Origin: Octopus sinensis | Lineage: Eukaryota | Direction: 5' to 3' | Assembly: GCF_006345805.1 (NCBI RefSeq) | Contig: NC_042998.1 | Location: 12,028,001-12,092,000, forward strand | Length of the DNA: 64,000 bases | Part shown: piece after piece, positions 12,074 to 25,887 of the stretch | Position numbering within the stretch: the stretch's first letter is position 1 | Layout of the letters: the number at the start of each line of letters is the position of its first letter | Notes under the pieces: generated by a model | What the model was told of the DNA's origin: nothing | The model's input: only the letters and a program-made list of their open reading frames with translations | The model's database searches: none | Program-made: the position numbers and the translations under genes

Positions 12074-13589
12074 AGCATATATACTGTCATAGTTTAATTC
12101 AACTTCAAAAACAGATTTTACAGATAATTTCTTATGGATCATATCGATATTTTTGATATTAGTGATAGTAAAACATCTTCCGCCCAAAATGATATTTTGG
12201 AGGAAGATGCCTCTCTTGTATCGTCATAACATTTGTTTTTCACTGCTAACATATTCTAATAGTTTATGTCGAAATGATTCCTGTTTGTTCATGTGAAATA
12301 TGTAAACGTTCAACTCTAGAAAAATTGAAAAATAAGCTGGACTTGTTAATAAACATTGTCTTTGAGAGTAGCCGCCGTATGACATTTGTTATAAAATATT
12401 TACATTAGGATACCTTATACCATCAATAATCCTTCCTTGCCTCTCCCGTTTCTGTAACATTAATTAGAGTACGCCAAATGAAGTCTCCGATGACGTAACA
12501 CTACATTAGACGATTTATATTAATGTCATGGATTTAATTAGCTTAGACGCTTTAACTTTCAACAAATCTCGGAATCTATTTCTCATCAATAAAAATTGAC
12601 TAATATTTTGAAATCTATAAATACAAGCGACTGGCTCAAATTTATTGGTATTACGTATTACTTCAAGAAATGTGGGAGATTTAGGGCTGGGTAAATATGT
12701 TTAGATTTCTTTAAAAGCTAATCACAGTATCTGTAAAAGCACTAATAGATCCTCTAGGAATTTTATTTATCGACCTATCTGAGATGAATACGTTAATTTA
12801 TGCTATTCAGTCAATCCGATTTACTGAAGCACTTAGAGTTTCTACATAAACAATACAGGAGTATACTCGACATTTTATGCGATTAACTGTGGTTCAGATT
12901 GAATAGGGTCTGGCTGAACACTTTTTCGTCCTTGGAGAAATTGTATAAAATACAATTTGCTTCTATTGTGTACACACACTGCAATGATTTAAACTCTATA
13001 AATTCATGGATCCTAGTAGCATTGCAAATAAATTCTTTTAATGCACACGTAATATATTATTCAACATGTCTACAAGACACAAAACGCCCTTCTACGAATT
13101 TATTCTCTTGGAATCATTAAATATTCTGCAAGTCTATACACTCTAAAATCAGTTGATTATGTCACAAACAAGAAATTCTTTTCCAGTGCTGCAAACATAT
13201 TATCGAGATGTATGTAAGTAATCTAGAATTAAAGATTCTATCGGTACACTACTGACAAGACATCACATACAAGGAAGTACCCCAAACTTTTAGGGAGACA
13301 GGCTGATAATACGAACATAATATAACTGAGATAATGTATTCCAGTTAACAGAAATCCTGAAAAACAAAATGGGATGCTCATGGTTTAAATATGTTTGCAT
13401 ATATTTTTGTTTCATCGGACCCAACTTAGTTCCTAATGAACAGTTTGAAAATCTAGATTCAAGCATCAATCTTATTTACAATTGCTTTTTTCTAAATTAT
13501 CAGTAAATAATTTTGTTAAAAAAATGCGTTATGACGAAAAATTGTTCATTAATTGCTCAAAAATGCTTTTATCTTGCTTGAAAGAACAT

Positions 13590-14057
13590 CTATGAACATT
13601 TTTTAGCAGTGGAAGAGATAATTTCTACGGATGTTTGACACCCAGACTTCTGTTTCCGTCGATAAGCGATTAGCTTTTCTGCAATATGCTTAATAGAGCG
13701 TGATTGGCTTGCTATCGCAAAAGAATATTCATTGTGTAAATGACGTTTAACAGTCTGAAGTATGTTATTTTCCCTGCGTATGAATACTTCACAATGATGC
13801 TGGCAAATACGTGTTTGGTTTGGCGAATATTTCATAGTTGGTTCATAATGCCTGTAGGAGTTCGATCTAACGAAGCAATTTGAGTGCGACGTCACCTCAT
13901 GTTGTACAAAAGAGTCTTTACAGTGATTGCCTCCATTAATTTCCGGGATATTGGCATAGACTTTGTTATCAATAAATAGCACAGCATCCTGTTCTTTAGT
14001 ATGTGTTACTATGGCAGTAAAGTTATTCATTTGGTGAAAGATTACTTCAATAAATAT
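13590..14057 (-). CDS. Candidate terminal coding exon, 155 aa, unrecognised product
   Basis: Pyrimidine tract plus CAG (TTTCTTATTCTTTATTTTCAG) directly before a 156-codon non-repetitive open frame (IFIEVIFHQMNNF...SSTAKKCS*). The other two frames stop within 5 codons. No upstream partner exon identified. Confidence 0.35.
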   Translation of the reverse strand: MFIEVIFHQMNNFTAIVTHTKEQDAVLFIDNKVYANIPEINGGNHCKDSFVQHEVTSHSNCFVRSNSYRHYEPTMKYSPNQTRICQHHCEVFIRRENNILQTVKRHLHNEYSFAIASQSRSIKHIAEKLIAYRRKQKSGCQTSVEIISSTAKKCS

Positions 14058-14116
14058 CTGAAAATAAAGAATAAGAAACGTTAATGTCATTAACGAGAAT
14101 TCCGTAAATAAGGCTG

Positions 14117-14240
14117 CAAACACACACACACGCACACACACACACACATAAACACACACGCACATACACACACATACAAACACACACGCACGTACACACA
14201 CACAAACACACACGCACACACACACAAACACACATCACAA

Positions 14241-14271
<31 letters not shown>

Positions 14272-14411
14272 AACACACAAACACACACATACACACACAC
14301 ATACACACACAAACACACAAACACACACATACACACACACACAATAACACACAAACACACAAACACACACACACATACACACATACACACACACACAAAC
14401 ACACACACATC
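14117..14411. repeat. Degenerate (CA)n/(CAAA)/(CATA) microsatellite
   Basis: Visible directly. Confidence 0.95.
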
Positions 14412-17364
14412 TCGTTCATAAAAGCAAACATTCCCACACACTGTTCAAACGTTTAACAAATACAAATAAATAAAAAGTGTGCGAAAAGCAATTAAGAATT
14501 GCAATTGAAAAGATTTGCTACGATTAGCAGCACACACAATCCCAAACCAAATCATTATTGCAGCTTGTTAGATTCCTTTTATGTGATAGTTCATCGTTTT
14601 CGAAAGAATCTAAACTTGTTTACGTGAATGGTTGACTTTTTCCGATGCATTAAAGTTTATACTAATTTACATTATTAGAACATACTTCACGGTTTATTTA
14701 TTGATCCAGTGTAGCAAAGCAGCTCTCGCTTTGCGCTCATTAATTGATGCCTGTAACCAGTTTGCAATAATAAAAGTATGTCATTAATATGCCTAGCAAG
14801 CCGAAAATGATACAATTTGCATAAACGTGTCTCCAGGAGCTCAGTGTTCAGTACATATGTTTAATAATCATGTGGTCTATTTATGGTTGGTGAAAGTACA
14901 TACTTTATATATTTCTAACATTAATGAATAATTTTTGTAGCTGTAAACAATGACAGTTTTATGAATTTTGTCGAATGTTTCCCCTGCTGGATACAGCAAA
15001 TACGCAGTATGTTGTTCACGATACAAAAGGTTACAAAAGTATTTCTTTTATTCATGAATGGTTCAGCTTTCATGTTTCACCGCCTATGGTTAACATTTTT
15101 TATATGTGTTGATATTTTACATATTTTTCATATATAGCAAAAGTTGTTTCGTGACATTATGAAGGTGAATGGAACATGTGAACTTAGTACAGGTAATCTG
15201 ACGTTATTTTTGAATTATGCAGGCAAAAACACATGAGATACAGGTATTCGTTTTCTTTGGACAAATTCTTTGTTGAGCGGTGTTACTCTTCGTAGTTTAC
15301 AAATTTAAGCATGAAAACATTACTCAACTTAGAAGTTTTGAAGTTTTCGCACGCACACACACACACACACACATACACACACGAATACACATACACATAC
15401 ACACACGCATACACATACACATGCACTTACATATTAATGATGTACATGACAGGTATACATAATACTGAAATACGCATAAAGTAAACACATGCAAACCAAT
15501 ATACTAATAAATTAATAAAAACATACAATCAATGAAGAGACAAAAGAAACAGTGAGATGATACATGTTGATTTATATTAGGTATTTCTGTTTATTTAGAA
15601 ACCTACAATGAAATTAAGTATTTCACAGACGCTCAACTATAAATTTTACAGGGTACAACGTTGAAGTTGACACGGCTCCGCTAAACGCAGAAAATTTGTC
15701 TCTCTACTGGCTAAAAGTACACAATTTTTCGATTTTTAAACCTCTGTAACTTTTTCCTCCAATTTCCTTCTCAATAACATCATATCTTCATAACAATTAG
15801 CTGCTTTTCAGGTTTTTTACTCTCTTTTAAAAAATGCATATTTTGCGAATGAAAAAGACTAGACACTAAAAAAGAACTTTGTTTATCTTATTTTTGAAAA
15901 ATAAAAGTATAAAAACACTGCAATATTTATGGGATGACATAATACTTAAAATTAAGATTATTCACAACACTTATTAGGGATTAATTACTTACAAGTTCAA
16001 CCATATCTTTTCTCCATGAATTAATTGTCCTACTGTACCAATTCTTTTAGTATCAGATTTCTCTCATTCATATATTTCAAGAAAGAATAACTCTACGAAT
16101 GTTTTCTAAAATAATGAAGATATAATTGCTTAAAGACAAATTTAGAGACAATTTTCATATTCAAGTTCGATCACTTCTCGCTGCAAGTTTTATATCCATT
16201 GTAGTAAATTTGCCAAGGGTTATAGCAGCAGATTTTTCTCATTGGGATATTTTTTGTATTGAAGTGTGATTAAAAATAATAATAAAGAAATAAGTAAACT
16301 GTTACTTAGAATTTGCACTATGCATTACACAAATTTTTAAACACAATTATTATAGTACCGTAACTATATTTTTACCAAACTTATTTTGTTTTGCAACGTA
16401 GCAACATATAGCGGATTAATCAAATTTTTATTGCATTTTATTTAGTCGAAAACTGCTTTAGCAAAATGGTAGAGAAAGGGTAACAAAAAGAGAAAATGTT
16501 AACCTGAAGAACAACGCTCACCGCGACCATAGGCGAATGGTTTGTGAAATTATGAAAAAAAAAAAAGTATTCTATCTAAAGCGAGGTTTGTATTTAAAAT
16601 CCTTTATCCATATCAACCCATTTTTATGCTGACAAATAACGAAGAGTACAATGCTATCAAAAGCAGTTTGCATAAATCTGCCATATTACTGTTAAAGTGT
16701 TAATAAAAATATTTGCCTAAATCAAGTAAACATCAAAAGAAGAAGAAAAAATAACTTTTCTAAGAGAAGGACGAAGATCCTTCCTCTGAATACCTATTGA
16801 CCCGTGAACAACACATGGAACACACTGTCAACAAGTGTTTGAGCAAGCTGGACGTGCAGTAGCCGTTTGTCAAACGTTATGTCAATCAATGAATAATTAA
16901 TAATTTCCTCTTCCTTCTGTACACACACACACACACACACACATACACTCACACACGCATAGACACAAACATTGACGCACAGACACGCACATACACAATA
17001 ACGTGTAGAAAATACTTAGGAATGCTCAAAATATTCAAACCTAGACTCCGATATATTAAATATATTAAATACATCAAATACAAAATATGTATTTATGAAT
17101 ACATACAAAACGGGAGAAAGCAAAAGGTGGACACTTTCAGTTGAGGGACTTATATAGATATTGATATTAATAGGTCCAACTTAACACAGAGTACAAACGA
17201 CGGAGGAAGTTAAAGGGGCAGAAGAAAGGTGCTATTAGTCCAACAGCTGTTTCTGGGGTCTCGCCGATCCGTAATAATGTTGATAAATTTAGTTCATCAC
17301 AACATGCAGCTGTATGGATGCATTTAAATAAAAGATGTGCGTCCGTCATCTTACATTTCAGATC

Positions 17365-17695
17365 GTGAGGGCGCGTGGCTTAGTGGTTAGGGCATTCGGC
17401 TCATGATCGTAAGGTTGTGAGTTCGATTCCCGGCGACGCGATGTGTCCTTGAGCAAGACACTTTATTTCACGTTGCTCCAGTCCACTCAGCTGGCAAAAA
17501 TGAGTTGTACTTGTATTTCAAAGGGTCAGCCTTGTCACTCTCTGTGTCACGCTGATTATCCCCGAGAACTACGTTAAGGGTACACATGTCTGTGGAATGC
17601 TCAGCCATTTGCACGTTAATTTCACGAGCAAGCTGTTCCGTTGATCGTATCAGCTGGGACCCTCGTCGTCGTAACCGGCGGAGTCTTTTTTTTTT
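17365..17695 (+). mobile_element. Full-length tRNA-derived SINE with 14-bp TSD
   Basis: A box TGGCTTAGTGG, B box GAGTTCGATTCCC, central GTGTCCTTGAGCAAGACACTT block, T-rich tail. TSD TTACATTTCAGATC at 17351-17364 and 17696-17709. Confidence 0.95.
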
Positions 17696-17779
17696 TTACA
17701 TTTCAGATCTCGATACAGAGAAATTCAAAGATGTATTTGATATATTTGACGTGCCTAATTTGTTTATCCGCATAATTGC

Positions 17780-17780
<1 letters not shown>

Positions 17781-17826
<46 letters not shown>

Positions 17827-18170
17827 ACACACACACACACACATACACACACACACACGCACACACACACACACACACACTCACACACGCACGCACACTC
17901 ACATATCTATCTGTGTGTATAGACACAGACACGCACACATATACCTCTGTGTATGTATACGCACAGACACACATACACACACAGATACACACACGCACAC
18001 ACTTACACACACATGCACACACACATATCTATCTGTGTGTATAGACACAGACACACACACATATACCTCTGTGTGTGTATACGCACAGACACACATACAC
18101 ACACAGGTACGCACACACACACACACAAATACACAAACACGCGCGCGCGCGCGCACACACAGACAGATAA
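17781..18170. repeat. (CA)n tract with two copies of a ~90-120-bp degenerate unit
   Basis: CATATCTATCTGTGTGTATAGACACAGAC...ATATACCTCTGTGT occurs at ~17903 and ~18023. Confidence 0.85.
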
Positions 18171-20668
18171 AGATAGAGTCTGTGAGAAATAAAGCTAATT
18201 GCTTTGGCGTAAAGAAGTTACCGCTGTTGTTTGTATCTCATTACCATCAGCAGCCATTATTAATTTCTGTTATAAATACACAAACATCCTATAATCAGAC
18301 AAATATTACAGTGAAAAATTCCTTTTTCGCATGCCACTGATGAACGTGCCATGAGAAATTTAGCTCATGGAATATTCTAATGTTCTAATGAACTAAAACT
18401 CTTTATCACACTGTAAACAAGATATTTCTCAATCAACGGAAGTCCTAGACACAGGTAATTTGCCCGAGGCTCACAATGCGCTCCTAATTCAGTTGCATAC
18501 TGAGCTGGTTAGTTTATATTAGTCATCAGTGACATATACATCTTTCATATAATTCACTTTATTACAAGTCTTGTGACAACTGTGCTTATTGTGTGATTAT
18601 CATTAAAGTCGAAAACAAATTTATAGGTAGAAAGCTTTGTACAAATTATTTGCTGATAAAAGTAGAAGGCAATAATTATGGCCATTATAGTCTGCAGTCA
18701 TAATACAATGTGTAATGAAGTGAAGTTCATTGTTGTAGACACAAAAATTTTCTAAACCTCTTAGAGTTACAAACCACTGTCAAACCAATTATGTTTAAGA
18801 GCACCCGGACATGAGATATATTCCTTAGAAAAAGACTATGATATGAAATTTAATAAGTGTTTTTAAGCAAAGAATTGTAATTAATGGAAATTCTCTGTTT
18901 GTAAGCGTGAGGAAACATTGGTATATAAAAATAATTAAAGCCTGCACTTGAAAGTTAATATTTTTGTGAAAAAGAGAAACTGCTATGTTAAGAAAAATCA
19001 TAATTACAACTAAGATTCATAGGCCTCAGCATCCGGATATTCCTTGTGGTATTATAGTTATTGCTTTTTTGCATTGCAATTATGGTCTTAAACATTAATT
19101 CAACGGTGAAATATGTGCTGCTAGGTGTAAATAGGTTGATTTGAAACAATTAATATGATTTTTACACACCACTGGCGATCTCATGTCGCATAGTATATTT
19201 TGGTGAATTATAATTGTTTCTACTCAGAAATGAAACGATTTTCCCAATATCATTAAAGTTGCTAAACCTTTTAGGCTAACTGGCAGATAAACGTGACGTA
19301 CGAAGAAATTATTCTAATATGAGAATCGAAGGAATTTTCTGAAAGGCTGCGACAGCAAATGATTATTAACCTAAATTAAATAACGGATCAAATTGTTTTG
19401 CTGTAGGAACTAAGCAAAATTCTAGCATTCCAGCGAGTGAGCAATCGGAAGAATGATGTCCTTCTCCAAATCAGATTTTCTCCATATATTTGAACGAATT
19501 TTGAATGAATTTATACTTAGGCATTAAACATTAAAAGCATTAGAAGAGAGAAGAAATATACTCAAAATTTAGCTTATTCATTTGTAATTCATATTTCATC
19601 AGGTGGTGCTATTAAGTAAGACATGGCCTGGGCCTATACTCGCCGAAACCTATCTAAGTTAGCTAAAATGTTGAATTCTTACAAAAATTCCATTATCCAC
19701 GTACGAGTACAATAAACAGATCCAATTACTTGATATTCCTTGAATAACCGCTAACCATGATTTAAGTATTAAGAGAAGGTGAGCAATATCGAAGTGAGGA
19801 AAATAAACATGTAACGTAAGCCTAGTCAAATTAATTGTATGATTGAACTTTTATTAATTATAACCGACAGGCCAACAAAAAATCTAACCCCAGACTGAAG
19901 GTTAAAGAAATATAAACTATGTATACCATGCTTTCATTTGACTGTAAATTACATACATGGAGCAAAAGTTATTTGACAAAGCTCTATTCACGTTCAATAT
20001 TACACTTACGGTATGAAACTTTTGTACGCTCCTAAATTTATTATGAAAATATTTAATAGTATAACATATATGTAATATAATCAACATGTTGTGTTTGGTC
20101 TTTCAATGACGTATTTATCTCCCCAGTTATAATACTGACTCGCATCCATAGTTGTTTGACACAATTATGGTTTCGATAATGCCTTTTTTTTCAGGGTCGA
20201 TAAAATAAGTACGAGTTGAATATCATGGTTGATGTGATCGAATTGCAATCTGCCTCCAAAATCTAGGTCTTTTGCCTATAGTAGGAAGAAAATTGGATTA
20301 GTGTCCTCGCCGTGATCGTTGTGGTCGTCGTTATTGTGATTGTTTTTGTTATATTTATCATTCGTGCTTTGAAAAATACATGAAGCATTCCCTTCTTAGA
20401 ATAGGAGATAAATATTTCGTGCAAACCATACCAAGAGGTTTTCAATGTCAACTAGGTGTCTATGGTTACACACATGTTCAAAGGTAAGAAATTATTCACG
20501 TTTAACAAAAGATATTTGTAAATAATTCCTACAAATTCCTGATATTGGTATTTTCTAGAGCGTATAGTCATAATCCTTAACTACCATAACAATTTCGGTC
20601 AATTGCTGATCCAGTGCAATTTTTTAGTATTTCATCTAATTGTACAATATTAGATTCATTTGGTATTA

Positions 20669-20904
20669 TATTTCTTTACTACCCACAAGGGGCTAAACAC
20701 AGAGGGGACAAACAAGGACAGACAAAGCGATTAAGTCGATTCCATCGACCCCAGTGCGTAACTGGTACTTAATTTATCGACCCCGAAAGGATGAAAGGCA
20801 AAGTCGACCTCGGCGGAATTTGAACTCAGAACGTAACGGCAGACGAAATACGGCTACGCATTTCGCCCGGCATTCTAACGTTTCTGCCAGCTCGCCGCCT
20901 TCAC
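20669..20904 (-). mobile_element. Full-length SINE with 15-bp TSD
   Basis: Single-unit copy of the 11217 family. TSD ATTCATTTGGTATTA at 20654-20668 and 20905-20919. Confidence 0.93.
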
Positions 20905-21103
20905 ATTCATTTGGTATTACTAAGTGGATAACTAAAAATCAATTCCCCTTTTCAAGGAGAAAGATGTCTATGTTGTATATGGTGGTCTGTCTATATGCCA
21001 ACATATTTTCGCACCCTCATTTTCTTTCACAAGGGGAATGTTATACGAGCTGAAGCAGTTGACTTTCTGTGAATAGTTTTATGTAGAGTATATTACTACG
21101 TTA

Positions 21104-21445
21104 TTGTGTCTCAATTCTAATATATTAGATCTAATATCGGATACTCTCATGCGATGTGATGATGCATTGACCCCCGCAATTATTCCAGACACACAAACAA
21201 GTTTATTTAAATTCTCTCTCAATATATTTAGTACTGTGACGGTGCATAGCCAATTACGATCGCTAGATCGTGGTTTCAATTCATGGATAGTGCCTTGTAT
21301 TATTGTGCAAAGCGCTTCCTCTTATGTTGCTCTGCGATCATTTCGACACCTGACATGCGGTACTCCGTGGACCTGTTCATGTAGAATCGATTTAATTGAA
21401 GGAGAGAGCAAATACACATCACATATATCTCATCACTATAAATGA
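21104..21445 (+). pseudogene. Possible decayed leucine-rich-repeat (LRR/LRR-CT) coding fragment
   Basis: LLCLNSNIL (LxLxxNxL), LRSLDRGFN (one substitution from LxxLxLxxN) and LRSFRHLTCGTPWTCSC (resembles the LRR-CT cap LxxLxLxxNPWxCxC). Stops on both sides. Confidence 0.25.
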
Positions 21446-21619
21446 GTCCTTTGTACAGGATTGTTCAGCAAGAAATTCCAGAAGTGTCTTTCTCGTACAA
21501 CAAGAGGCCACCATCATTATTAGTACTCATGGCTTGTGTATTTATCACGAATGACGAAGGCTCTTTTGCACCACTCATTCAGGATTTTGGCATACACATC
21601 TCAGATATTCTATTATGTA

Positions 21620-22892
21620 ACAGGTGATTCCATAAGTTCTGTCCGATATTACCTATTTAATAATTGAATGAAATTTAATAGTATTTTAGAATGTCTAATG
21701 GAATTGAAATTTATTTTTTTGCATTTGTGTACATTTAAACTTATTAAATATTATTTTACAGAATAATAGAATTAAGATTTCTCTGATTAAAACCCTTTCT
21801 AACATGGAAGTATCCAAAAAGCATTTCAGGCACATAATGCTTTATGAGTACCAAAAAGAAAGCTCTGCCGCCGAAGTAACTCGAAACATGCGCTCAGTTT
21901 ATGGGAAAGAATGCTTGAATGAAAGAACTTGCAGAAGATAGTTTACAAAATTCAGAAGTGGAGATTTCAGCCTTAAAGATGAAGATCGAACAGGACGTAC
22001 AGTTGAGTTTGATGTTAAGCTCATTGAGGTATTACTTGAAGAAAATCCTGCATTATCAGTTGAAGAATTGGCAATAAAGCTTAGTTCAAATCATACAACT
22101 GTTCATAGTCATCTTCAACAACATGGAATGGTCCCTAAACTTGGAAAATGGATTCTTCATGAACTGTCCGAAAGCAACGGTAAATCCCGAGTTGACATCT
22201 GCTTTTCTCTCCATTCTCGCGAACTCATTTTACCCTTTTTGGATAGGCTTGTGACTGGGGACGAAAAATGGATCTTCTATCGAAATGTTAAACGTCGTAA
22301 ACAGTGGCTTGGTAGAAGGAAAAAAGCTCAACCACAACAGAGAAGGGAACTTTATGGAAAAAGGGTTCTTCTCTCTATCTTGTGGGATTGCAAAGGAGTA
22401 ATTTACTTTGAACTGTTACCACCTAATGCAACAATCAATGATCAAGTCTACTGTCAGCAATTAGAGCATTTGAACCAAGCTTTGAAAAAGAAATATCCGC
22501 TTTAGTGAATCGAAAAGGAGTGATTTTTCATTAGGAAAATGCGCGACCCCACAATGCAAAGATCACATCACAGAAGATCGAAGAGCTTGGTTGGGAAAAA
22601 TTTCTCGTCCACCTTATTCTCCCGACTTTGCTACCATTTGTTTCGTAGTTTACAGAATCATTTGGGGGACATAACTTTCGCAAGTCAGGAGGAGGTTGAA
22701 ACCTACAATTCAGAGTTCTTCGCTTTGAAACCAAAAGAGTTTTATATTGATGGAAACAAAAAGCTTGTAAATAAATGGAAGGAAGTCATAGATAGTCAGG
22801 AAAAGTACATTGATGATTAAATTTGAATTAAATATAACATTTGATCACTTTTCTCTATTCAAAATTCGGATAGAACTTATGGGATGACCTGA
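21620..22892 (+). mobile_element. Full-length (1273 bp) decayed mariner (DD34D-type) transposon
   Basis: TIRs ACAGGTGATTCCATAAGTTCTGTCCGA / TCGGATAGAACTTATGGGATGACCTGA, TA on both flanks. Transposase from ATG 21804 to TAA 22820 with WILHEL, LVTGDEKWIFY and H*ENARPH. Nonsense and frameshift lesions; second D mutated to E. Confidence 0.95.
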
Positions 22893-22972
22893 TATTTACT
22901 GGGTTCCCATTTCGAATACAATAGCGATATGGAAGCATGATTTCGGATGTCTTTACACAACGTGATCTATGT

Positions 22973-23284
22973 CAGTGCTTCTCAAACTGTCTGATTTGGC
23001 GTACCGGCAGATTTTTGCCAATGTACCAGGGACAGGTAATAATTCATACTAATATTAATTTATACCGGAAACAATATCTATAATGAATATATAATAAAAG
23101 TTGACAATTCTTTTCATCTTATATTTATTTTATAAACGAATAATACATAAAAAATTTATAAGCATTGTAACATAAGCAATTCATAAGCATTTTATAATGT
23201 TTCGTTTCTGGAAACACCGCGTACAGGCAGCTGATGGCTCGCAGACCAGCACCGGTCCGCAGACCACCACTTTGAGTAGCACTG
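22973..23284. mobile_element. hAT (Charlie-like) MITE, 312 bp
   Basis: TIRs CAGTGCTTCTCAAA / TTTGAGTAGCACTG. 8-bp TSD ATCTATGT / ATCTATAT (7/8 match, central TA). Confidence 0.92.
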
Positions 23285-24934
23285 ATCTATATGACATCCG
23301 CATGTCTACTTTCGTTGCTCCATTAGATTCAGATTAGAAATTTTGGAACACTGAACTGATTTCTTGCGAGGAATCTGTTACTGAGAATATAATCGATTTC
23401 GTAGCGTTGCATCATAATGCACTCATTCTGTTTTCTTTCTTCCTGTCTAGTCTTGTTAATTCATTAGTATCTAATTTAGAATGTTACATCTGTAAATTAT
23501 CTCGACAGCTAGACATCTTTTCAGTCTGGCACTGAGGGTTGTTTTATGTGTTTATGCAATGCTTCTGTAGAATTGTTCCTAATGTTTACGCTTTTTGTAA
23601 ACGTTGCTCTCTGCCTAGTTTATTAGTCAATATTTGAAAGCCGGTGCTTAGTCTAATACTCATATCCCTAGTTCATTATGTCATTCGTTTACCTAATATT
23701 TCTCCTTTTAATGTAGCTTTGGAATATTTTCTTCCCTAGTAAATCAATGCACTGTCTGAATCAATATTTGTTATCCGACGCGTAGAACTTGAGGCAACTC
23801 TGTATAAAAGATAGTTGAGTGACCATTCACAGTGCTTGTATCCGAGTCTAGTTTAACATGTCGATTAAAGGCGGTAACACTAAGCAGAAATGTAGGAAGA
23901 TGGAATTTCTCTTTTCTAGAGAGAATTTAGTTAGTTTTAATAATACCTTTCGGAAAAACGTAGATAGATTTCGACTATTATTGACCCAAACCTTGTTTTA
24001 CTTAATACCTTAGCAACTGTAGTTTTTGAAGTCATGTTTTAGAACATTATAGCTCATTCAAGTAGAGAGGGGAGCTGTTGCTTATTAAGCTGAATCGAGG
24101 TGGTTTGTCTGGCATTTTCCGGCAGTATTTTATGGAATATATTTCTTTTTTTGATTTCTTTCAGAAAAATGCTGAAGAAGGTAGGATCGATTGAGATGAA
24201 CAAATTGTGTGTGATAAGAACTCAATTTTTGTGGGAGCCGTATAGCTCTATGGTCAAGCCTTGAGTAACTTGTGAAATTGAGACCGGCATCATTTGAACA
24301 GTATTGATGGAAAGTTTTCCACTTGGTACAAATAACGGAATTCTCAGTACAGTATTAAAGGGAGTTACGTTTAAGCTCTTTGAGGCGATCTCGATAGTCA
24401 AAGCTTATAGTGCCATCAGTCTCTATGTTGCGATTGTTCACTATGGGGCTTCAACTCATAATATTTTATTTTGTTTGGGTAACCATAGTGAAGAGCAATA
24501 TTCAAGATGAGAAGCCTAAACACATAGAAGCCTTCTCGGATTTCTTTCGATTGATCTACACTTTTCCGAACGGCAAAAAGGTTGGGCGTGTACTACCAGT
24601 GTGAGAAAATTAAAGTCAAGTGGAGTTAAAAATGCTATTTATAAAACACACACACACACAAACGCACATGTGCGCGTACACATACATACACTCATAAGAC
24701 ACATATATATGATTATTTTAATAGAGGAAAAATTATTACCTGCTCTGTAAGGAATAGAACATGCCTATTTGATTTACACAATTGGATTGCCGAAACACTT
24801 CTTTTATAGCATTTTAAAACAGACGTATAGGTAATCATCCTTCAGTTATTCGAACACTTTGTTAGTCAGGTTCCTGCAAGAATTTCTGTTGAAGTCATCG
24901 CCTGGATTTTAATTTATTCCCTCAGCTATTATGT

Positions 24935-25193
24935 ACTGACAGAGACACACACAGCCACACACAAACACACACAGACACACGACACACACACATACACACA
25001 CACAGACAGACGACACACACAAACACACCGCACACTCACACGCACGCAGACGTGCACGCACGCAGACGTGGACGCACACACGCTCACAGACGTGCACACA
25101 CACACGCACACAGACGTGCACACACACACGCACACAGACGTGCACACACAGAAACGTACACACACATAGATCTATCTATCTATCTATCTGTCT

Positions 25194-25247
<54 letters not shown>
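24935..25247. repeat. (CA)n tract with 22-bp CACAGACGTGCAC minisatellite units, then (TCTA)n/(TA)n
   Basis: Visible directly. Confidence 0.85.
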
Positions 25248-25748
25248 GGGTGAGAGAGTTGGTAAGCGAAAGGACGTGGTTGGATGTATAAAAAAATAGA
25301 GTGAAAAAAACTACAGAAGACTTGTGTTATATGGTTAAAGAATATACTTAAATCGTCATGTGGGAAAAAATGTTATAAAATTTTGTGTATAGTAACATTG
25401 TTTTTGAAGAAATAAACGGTGTCGTATTTTCTCTTCAAATTCATCAAATTTCTTTACAAATATCGGGTCATCTCTTCGCTATGGTGTGAAGTAGGATAAT
25501 TCCAGAAAGGGGGAGGTAATCAGGGATGTCTTCGGTATAAGGGAGATGATAAAAATATGTTGGGAATGATTAGGTTCTATTAATTGAACATGATTTGGTT
25601 TCGATAGAATAGAACGTTAGAAGAGGTTAAGTTTTGCTTTATATTTTTTCAATGAGGTAATTCTAGCATTTGGCTTATATTTTTCAATGAAGTAGGTTTC
25701 CTTTTATATATATATAATTTTTTGGAATGATCACAGTCTAATTATATT

Positions 25749-25887
25749 ATTTACATTTGACGGGTATTTGTCCTCATCTTCTTTGTTGTTAACACAACAT
25801 TTCGGCTGATATACCCTCCAGCCTTCATCAGGTGTCTTGAGGAAATTTCAAACCTGGGTTCTCATTCCTAAAGTATTTTTCGATGCT
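25749..25887 (-). mobile_element. Short microsatellite-adjacent element, Penelope-like pLTR type (family 1, copy 1)
   Basis: Clear paralogue of 45258-45410. Carries a hammerhead motif. The Penelope link is inferred from that motif. Confidence 0.6.
25791..25836 (-). ncRNA. Minimal type I hammerhead ribozyme motif (C15.2U variant)
   Basis: RNA: GACAC CUGAUGA A GGCUG GAGGGUAUAU CAGCC GAA AUGU U GUGUU. Stem I 5 bp, stem II 5 bp. Confidence 0.7.

Noticed and set aside
17369-17436. tRNA-like sequence
   Set aside because: It is the head of a SINE with body, tail and TSD, not a tRNA gene.
24165-24180. Possible 16-nt micro-exon (TTTCAG|...AAG|GTAGGA), and similar cases at ~30169-30195 and 7939
   Set aside because: Such site pairs are expected by chance in AT-rich DNA, and no linked exons were found.
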